Program-made: the position numbers and the translations under genes
Shown: one piece after another, positions 55,735-64,000 of the stretch
Layout of the letters: the number at the start of each line of letters is the position of its first letter
How positions within the stretch are numbered: position 1 is the first letter of the stretch
Origin: Eledone cirrhosa
Taxonomy: Eukaryota
Direction: 5' to 3'
NCBI GenBank assembly: GCA_964016885.1
Contig: OZ024749.1
Location: forward strand, 38,936,001 to 39,000,000
Length of the DNA stretch: 64,000 nucleotides
The notes under the pieces: model-generated
What the model saw: the letters and a program-made list of their open reading frames with translations, nothing else
Told to the model about the DNA's origin: nothing
Database searches by the model: none

Positions 55735-56968
55735 GCCTTTTGGTAGTTGACTCATTTCAAAAATTTCCAGTGACCCTTTTGGTAGTTGACTCATTTCAAA
55801 AATTTCCAGTGACCCTTTTGGTAGTTGACTCATTTCAAAAATTTCCAGTGACCCTTTTGGTAGTTGACTCATTTCAAAAATTTCCAGTCACCCTTTTGGT
55901 AGTTGACTCATTTCAAAAATTTCCAGTGACCCTTTTGGTAGTTGACTCATTTCAAAAATTTCCAGTCACCCTTTTGGTAGTTGACTCATTTCAAAAATTT
56001 CCAGTGACCCTTGTGGTAGTTGACTCATTTCAAAAATTTCCAGTGACCCTTGTGGTAGTTGACTCATTTCAAAAATTTCCAGTGACCCTTATGGTAGTTG
56101 ACTCATTTCAAAAATTTCCAGTGACCCTTTTGGTAGTTGACTCATTTCAAAAATTTCCAGTGACCCTTTTGGTAGTTGACTCATTTCAAAAATTTCCAGT
56201 GACCCTTGTGGTAGTTGACTCATTTCAAAAATTTACAGTGACCCTTGTGGTAGTTGACTCATTTCAAAAATTTCCAGTGACCCTTTTGGTAGTTGACTCA
56301 TTTCAAAAATTTCCAGTGACCCTTTTGGTAGTTGACTCATTTCAAAAATTTCCAGTGACCCTTTTGGTAGTTGACTCATTTCAAAAATTTCCAGTCACCC
56401 TTTTGGTAGTTGACTCATTTCAAAAATTTCCAGTGACCCTTGTGGTAGTTGACTCATTTCAAAAATTTCCAGTGACCCTTGTGGTAGTTGACTCATTTCA
56501 AAAATTTCCAGTGACCCTTTTGGTAGTTGACTCATTTCAAAAATTTCCAGTGACCCTTTTGGTAGTTGACTCATTTCAAAAATTTCCAGTGACCCTTGTG
56601 GTAGTTGACTCATTTCAAAAATTTCCAGTGACCCTTGTGGTAGTTGACTCATTTCAAAAATTTCCAGTGACCCTTTTGGTAGTTGACTCATTTCAAAAAT
56701 TTCCAGTGACCCTTTTGGTAGTTGACTCATTTCAAAAATTTCCAGTGACCCTTTTCGTAGTTGACTCATTTCAAAAATTTCCAGTCACCCTTTTGGTAGT
56801 TGACTCATTTCAAAAATTTCCAGTGACCCTTGTGGTAGTTGACTCATTTCAAAAATTTCCAGTGACCCTTGTGGTAGTTGACTCATTTCAAAAATTTCCA
56901 GTGACCCTTTTGGTAGTTGACTCATTTCAAAAATTTCCAGTGACCCTTTTGGTAGTTGACTCATTTCA
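55719..56968. repeat. 39-bp minisatellite, ~32 highly homogeneous copies
   Basis: Unit CAAAAATTTCCAGTGACCCTTTTGGTAGTTGACTCATTT; gives the 13-aa repeats in the ORF track. Confidence 0.97.
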
Positions 56969-57159
56969 AAACTTTTCACTAACCCTTGTGGTGTGTAACT
57001 CATTGACATACTTAGTGTTGATTCGATGTTGTTGTTTTTCTTGCTTTGATTATATATGTTTGTGTATTGTATTTATAAGGTAATGATTAGTAATAATTAG
57101 TTGATTATATGTAGGTGCTTTTACTTATTCTTATATTCCCCTACAGACTTAGTACTATA

Positions 57160-57337
57160 ATGATTTCTAGTATAGGCACAAGGCCAGTAATTTGGGGGGG
57201 GGGGAGTAGATTAAATCGATTCCAGTAGGTTACTGGTACTTTATTTTATCGACCCCGTAAGGATGGAAGGCAAAGGACCGTAACTCTATGCTGCAAAGCA
57301 TGGTGTCCAACTCTCTACCGATACTGCCAACCCGCCA
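57160..57337 (-). mobile_element. SINE with internal deletion
   Basis: Head and core present; B-box segment missing. Confidence 0.75.
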
Positions 57338-57544
57338 CCCTACCCACCTATTACTATAATATTTGTCCCCTGGAATGTGTGCTGCAGATTCTTCAACCAC
57401 GTGGAAGATTGGCAACACACTTACCCAGCCGAGTGTTCTCTTATTCAAGTTCACTTATACTGCAATCACCAGATCACCAATAATGGACCTCTGCCAAATA
57501 GATTACTCCCTAAAGAACATTCCTATCCCTTCAAATAGGACTTA

Positions 57545-58280
57545 ATCAAAGTTTCTTCTAAGAAAGTCGATGTGGTTAAATGCCTTCAATGGCACATATT
57601 GGTGTTTGATGGAAAATTATTTAAAATCTACCAAACACCCACCCAAGGTAAATAGACTCGCTTCTTTCGAATCTGATCTAATTAATCTAGTAGCAAACAT
57701 CATCTTCCACAAATAGTCTGCCTCTTTCCAAAAGAATTTAAATAGATACCAAAACATTTAAAATCCTCCATTAAGCATTCCGTTCCATCAGATAAAACTA
57801 AAATCCTCTATGAACTCGATCCTATCACCCACAGCCTGTTACTAGACAAGTCAATACCAAATCCAATTCCCTTAGCACTCAGCCATGTGTCTTCACTATT
57901 ATTAATGTTGAGACTAAATACATCACCAGTACAATGAGGATAGAAAATAGATTAGAATACCTAGTGAAAAGTGAAGTAACACTTAAAGACCATAAGGATG
58001 ATTTCATGATAAACCCGGATGTAGACTCATTAACCCTGCCAAGACAGAATTAGACCTAATCAGTAAGAACTTACTTACAAACTTGAATAGAAATATTAAT
58101 AAACAATGTAAGCCTAACTAATGGGAAAATAGCCAAGTGGTGCTAGACTGGTTTAACTGTCTTAAGCATATGAATAAGGGCCAGGACTTCACCAGTAAAT
58201 TTAGTGATATACATGACAGATAATATCTCACTGCCGTAAAACCCCCCTCTTCAACAAAGGGAAGACCTGGATGTGATCAT
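57545..58280 (+). pseudogene. Penelope-like (Naiad-type) reverse transcriptase N-terminal fragment
   Basis: SFESDLINLV.NI, VPSDKTKILYEL, TLKDHKDDF..KPGCRLINPAKTEL..ISK, N*WENSQVVLDWF motifs. Confidence 0.8.
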
Positions 58281-58362
58281 TTGAGAATATTTCCTACACT
58301 TCGGGCCACTCCCCAAATACTAATAGGAAAAACCCTAGAAATAAAGCAAAAATCTGGTTCTC

Positions 58363-58397
<35 letters not shown>

Positions 58398-58421
58398 ATA
58401 TATATATATATATATATATGA

Positions 58422-58461
<40 letters not shown>

Positions 58462-59204
58462 ATATATATAGATATATATAGTATGAGCAAGACAGTCATC
58501 TGATCTGGCTTGGTTCACAACACAACTCAACTAACCCATGCTAGCATGGAAAAATGAATGTTAAACGGTGATGATGATGATGATGATCATCATCATCATC
58601 GTTTATATATATTTGTTAATTTTCCTAAGTATATATGTGTGTGTGTGTTGTGGAGAGAGAAAGAGAGATATTGTAAATATATTGAAATTTTATTTTTGGA
58701 GAAAGAAAACCAAGATCTGGTGACAAACATTTAATTTCTTTTGTTTTTAAAATATGGAGATTTAGCTGAAACCTTGATTTCTTTTGTAATTTGCCAAAAC
58801 AGACCTCAAGATAAGCTGGGGTTTGGATGGTTTTTAATTTCAATGGAAACATTTTAAAATTAGATGCTTCATATTACTAAACATGAGGCGGTATCAGGCA
58901 GGTTAGTGTCAAAGGGATTTTAAAACATTATTCACAGTTATTTAGTATTTAATTGTGAAAGACTGCCTTAGATGGATTAAACCAGATCTTACATGCAGCT
59001 TACGGTTTATATAAGATGGAATAGGGATTATTGTAAATATAAACCACAGTGACACAAAGTCTTAGTCAAAATAGGGCCTTGTAAACATTCTTTTGAGAAT
59101 ATCTAAGTGTCAATATATAAGATTGTTACCATGCATGATAGGTCTTTAAGTAAAGACAGTTGCTAATATATATGTATGTACATATATATAATATATATAT
59201 ATAC

Positions 59205-59266
<62 letters not shown>

Positions 59267-59781
59267 ATATATATATTATCATCATCATCATTTAATGTCC
59301 ATTTTTCCATGCTAACATGGGTTAGATGTAGTGTCCTGTTGTGAGACAAGTCAGGTCAGATGATCATGCCTTGCTCATACAGAACTGTTTTGGGCTTGGT
59401 TTATACAGCTGGATGTCCTTCCTAATGTCAACCATGTTTACAGTGTGAACTGGAAGCTATATATAATATATATATATATATGGAAACACATAATATATAT
59501 ATGGAAACACATATTGGTCTTCTTTAGTCAGCAAAAAGAAAAACATAAGACCAATCAGTATTTAATTGTTTGTATGTGTTTGTATGTTTCGATGTGTGTG
59601 GTTATGTGTGTATATATATATATATATGTGTGTGTGTGTGCTTGCATGTATGTATATGTGTGCCTTTGTGTCTATATATGTGTATATGGATATGTGTACA
59701 TGTCATCAGTTGATATAATCTCAGTAATCTCAAGCAACATGTAAAGATTCATGCTGGATGTTATTTATGTTTCTTTATATA

Positions 59782-59880
<99 letters not shown>

Positions 59881-60302
59881 ATACATATGTGTGTGTGTTT
59901 CTTAAAGACATTAAATCCTCATATTTAAAGACAGTAGTCCGGATAATATTAAGTTATGACACTTATACCACTGCAATTAATCATCTTCACCATCATCATC
60001 ACCATCATCATCATCATCATTTTATGTCTGCTTTCCACACTGGCATGGGTTGGATAGGTTGTCATGGTTTAAAACCAAACAGGCTCAAGCAACTTCATCT
60101 TGCTCATACATTTCATATTTGCCATGATATACAGTATATATATACACACATACATATATACATGTGTGTATACATGTTCCACTGAATCAAAGGGGAGAGG
60201 GCTAAGATGGAGTATGTGTCCCCTCATGACTTCAAGGGCCACTCCTTCACCTGCACCTCTGCTAATCTTATCTATGTCCTCTGATATTCACTTTACAGGC
60301 CC

Positions 60303-60545
60303 TTATATATTGGACAAGCAGGTTGCCATCTGGTTGACCAATTTGCAGCATACTTGAGGAATATACGACTTTGCAGGGATACCCCTATTGCACATCATTT
60401 CCATTCTCCAGGCCACTCCTCTGCACATGTCTCAGTTCTGGGCGCTCTATTACATCACGGATCACCAGCCTCATGCACCTAGACTGAGCAGAACTTGATT
60501 TTCCACCTTGGGTCCACTTTCCCAAATGAACTCAATTCCTCTCCA
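60303..60545 (+). pseudogene. Penelope-like (Neptune-type) GIY-YIG C-terminal fragment
   Basis: LYIGQAG..L..QF..Y.RNI....DTPIAHHF.SPGHS...VSVLG...*TEQNLIFHLGS.FPNELN. Confidence 0.75.
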
Positions 60546-61169
60546 CATTTTATCTATATTTATCCTTGTACACCCATGCTCTCTCATGCTTCTGTACACC
60601 TAACCACTGTCACCCTACCTTGTTTGCTGTCACATGTGCATGCACATTCAGCCTTCGAGTTTCTTATGGCTTCATTATGGTCAGAAACATACACCTTCAC
60701 AGATTTGTACAGACCAACAACAAACACACACACACACACATTCACACATACACACATACATATCCACTATAAATACATAAGGATCTTTTTCTTATTCAGA
60801 ATGATATAAGACACCTTTGATTGCAGCCTTTCCAAAGTTGGCCAACTGAAAATTCCAGCATCATAAATGCTCCTGTCAACAGTTTTCCTGAGAATGGCAA
60901 AATGAACAGACCTGTTTTTCCTCAAAGAAATGTTTTTCGTTTCTACCTCTGCTCATTTTCCTTTATCTTTGTATTTCTTCTTTATCTACCTCTGCTCATT
61001 TTCCTTTATCTTTGTATTTCTTCTTTCCTTTATCTTTCTATTTCTCATTAGCATGAAACTAATATATATGTTCATTGTACTGCATCTGTTATGCATTTTT
61101 GTTTACTTTTCACATATAGACTGTGATTTGCTGATGACAGGAGTTCATTACCAGATTGGAAAAGGTATG

Positions 61170-61775
61170 GTATCAGGAGCATACAAAATGGAGGTCAGCT
61201 CAGAAAAGAGCAATATTCTGGTTAATAGTCAAAATCAGAATATAGCAACCAATATTATGCTGGATGAAAGAAGGCTTGAAGAAGTGGACACTTTCAAGTA
61301 CCTTGGTTCCACTTCTGACATGGTAAAGCTGAATGTCATATGGAAAAGAAACAGTTTTCCAATGCACCTCAAATTGGTGACTTTGATCCTTTTGTATGGG
61401 TGTGAGAGTTGGACTTTCACAGCTGACATGGAATTAGGAATCTAGGCATTTGAACACAAGTGCTTCAAAAGGTTGCTACACATCCCATACACAGAGCACA
61501 AAACAAACAGCTTTGTCAGGCAGTAAATTAACAAATATAATGGCAGACAGGAACCACTCCTTGAGATGGTGAAAAGATGGAAGCTTGCCTGGTGGGGTCA
61601 TGTATCCTGCCCACATTCCTTGTCTAAAACCATCCTTCAGGAGGGTGAAGGAGAGGTAGACAAAGAAAATTCTGGTCCAACAACATCAAAGATCGTACTG
61701 GACTGGTCACATCACTGAGACACTTCTAAGCATGACAGTGTGCAGAGAGTAGTGGCACCCCAATGACAGGAACGT
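61170..61775 (+). pseudogene. RTE-like LINE 3' fragment
   Basis: Y.MEVS.EKS.ILV, LEEVDTFKYLGS, ILLYGCESWT, AFE.KC.KRLL.I.Y.EHKTN, KLAWWGHV motifs. Confidence 0.8.
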
Positions 61776-61778
61776 GAT

Positions 61779-61831
<53 letters not shown>

Positions 61832-62624
61832 AAAGCAGCGATTCTTTGCTTAAACTTTAATCTGTTATTTTAATAAATATTTGCTCTACGGTTCTTATAT
61901 ATTTGATATATATTTATCCTTATCGAGCCCTCTTTGGATTTTAGTCTTCAATTTTATTATTATTACTATATATATATACTCAAACTATATGGTCATATAA
62001 AAAGATCAACTCGTGGTGTGAGTAGGTTATGCCTGGAAGGAAGGTTGGCTGGTAAGAGAAGCAGAGATCGGCAGCCAAAACGATGGCTTGAAAATGTCAA
62101 CTTATGAACTGGACTTGATCTTTGCTCTTTGAACTCTGCTGCTGGTGATCGAACTTTGTGGAGAAAAATATCTCATGTTGGTGTGCAGTCTGCAACTGGT
62201 GGAGTTTAGCATCAGCATGATAAGAAGATGTTATAATATTGCCAGAAATGTATAATAAAACACTCATATATATATATCATCATCATCATCATCATCAACG
62301 TTTAACGTCCGTGTTCCACGCTTGCATGGGTTTGGACGGGGGTAGTCCCACTTGAGGCAAGAGTGATTGTCTTGCTCGCATAGGACTGTCTGGCAGGTTT
62401 TCTACAGTTGGATGCCCTTCCTAACACCAACCACATTTACAGTGTGGGTCTGGGAGGTTTTTACCGTGTTGCCTACACGGCCACATTACAGCGTGGACTG
62501 TGTGTTTTTTTGTCGTGACACCTACACGATCTCGTTTGTTTCGGCCTGGATGGCGCGGCACCAACATAACTTTACATGGAACGGGGTGGTGTGGATGGGG
62601 TGGGGGTTGGCGGGACGGGGTGTA

Positions 62625-62938
62625 GTTTGTTAGAGATGCCTACTGGCAAGGCGGGTCTTCTCTGTTACTGAGTACCGCCAAAGGTCACGGTCCAGTGACA
62701 TTGTCTTGGAGAGGTGTAAGTGTGTGAGGTCGGAGTTTATCAGCTCATCCCATGTTTTTCTAGGTCTGCCTATTCCGTGGCTACCGTCTATCTTTATTGC
62801 CCTGCACTTTGTAATACAGCTATCGACTTTCATGCGCATCACGTGTCCATACCAACGCAGCCTTCTCTCGAGTAAACAACATCTGATCCCTCTTATCTCT
62901 AATTTTTTCCTTAGTTCGTTTATGCTTTGCCGTTCACG
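62625..62938 (-). pseudogene. RTE-like LINE 3' end
   Basis: RRLRWYGHVMRM...GRPRKTW...DL...DRDLWR. Confidence 0.75.
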
Positions 62939-63427
62939 ATATATATATATATATATATATACAAAATTTAGTACAGCATCAACGAAGCCATGGTTGCAGC
63001 CAAGCTAACGAATGCAGTTTCGGTGTGCAGCTAAGCACTCAAAAGGGTATATAACCCTAGAGTTATAACATTACGTTTAGACAGCTTTGCAAAATGAAGA
63101 CAGCGACCGATAGAAGGGCCACAGTGACCATAGCCACGAAAAAGACTGAAGTCAGGAAAAATATATATATATGTATATATACACACATATATGTGACCCC
63201 GGGACGACCAGTAGTACTGTCAGTAGGCATTCAAACTGCCAGAAGTTCATCTCAATGGCTGAGGTCCTTAGAGTTATATGTCTTTCGTTTGACTTTTGAT
63301 TTTCAAAGAACGTTTTTCAAGGTTTCCCCTTCAAAAAAAAATTTTTCATTTCACTTTGTTTTTGTTAATTGTTTTTTTGTTAATTTTGTTAATTTTATTT
63401 TATATATATATATATATCTCCATATAT

Positions 63428-63514
<87 letters not shown>

Positions 63515-63600
63515 GGAAAAATTTGAACAGGAACAAAACAGAGAAGCAGTACAACGAATGTTTATTAATTTCACGCTCTGGAGAGTGGGGTGTTGGTGGG

Positions 63601-63637
63601 GAACGACGTTTCGGGCATAAGCCCTTCCTCGGGTGAA
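63601..63637 (-). ncRNA. Minimal hammerhead with CCGAGGA core in a PLE-like 3' end (family H11)
   Basis: AC-CCGAGGA-A-GGGC-UUAU-GCCC-GAAACGUC^GU; palindromic ACGU helix III, weak helix I. Confidence 0.55.
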
Positions 63638-63902
63638 AAGTGTGTGTGAACAGAGTTCAAAGGGTGTGTAGGGAGTGGTGGAGAGACATATAGCGAAAGG
63701 AAACAGTGCGAATGAAATTAAAAATAAAAATAAAAATAAAAATAAAGCATGATCAAAATACAAGGAATGAAATAAATTTAAATATAAAAGCAAGATCAAA
63801 ATAAACTGAAATTAAAAGGGGGGTAAAACAGGTGGTGGAAGGGTGTGGGGTGTGTAGGGGTGGTGGCGGATGGAGTGGTGGCGGATGGAGTGGGGAGAGG
63901 GA

Positions 63903-63941
<39 letters not shown>

Positions 63942-63955
63942 ATATATATATATAT

Positions 63956-63993
<38 letters not shown>

Positions 63994-64000
63994 ATATATA

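Noticed and set aside
55713-57083. 456-aa repeat protein, or a CRISPR-like array of 39-bp repeats
   Set aside because: Head-to-tail repeats with no unique spacers and no cas genes, in a eukaryotic context. The ORF arises because the unit length is a multiple of 3.

Overview
AT-rich, gene-poor eukaryotic DNA dominated by (TA)n, (CA)n and (TACA)n microsatellites, tRNA-derived SINEs and decayed retroelements. The repeat repertoire resembles an octopod (coleoid cephalopod) genome; this is inference. The only convincing host CDS is a divergent, apparently intronless profilin-like gene at the left edge. There is one possible orphan ORF near 52 kb. Nearly all long ORFs in the track are microsatellite translations. 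The main unexpected signal, found by manual folding, is a very dense set of type-I hammerhead ribozyme (HHR) motifs: more than 20 copies in about 11 sequence families. They sit in short non-coding modules flanked by (TA)n and arranged as tandem or inverted duplications. Several carry core variants (U3-A8 covariation, CAGAAGA, CCGANGA, U.U at the base of helix II) or palindromic helix III. Fragments of Penelope-like (PLE) RT and GIY-YIG coding sequence lie among them. The window therefore looks like a community of PLE-dependent, retrozyme-like non-autonomous elements, including two candidate ribozyme-flanked monomers (457 nt and 281 nt). Coordinates were read by eye and may be off by a few bases. 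No ribozyme activity has been tested.
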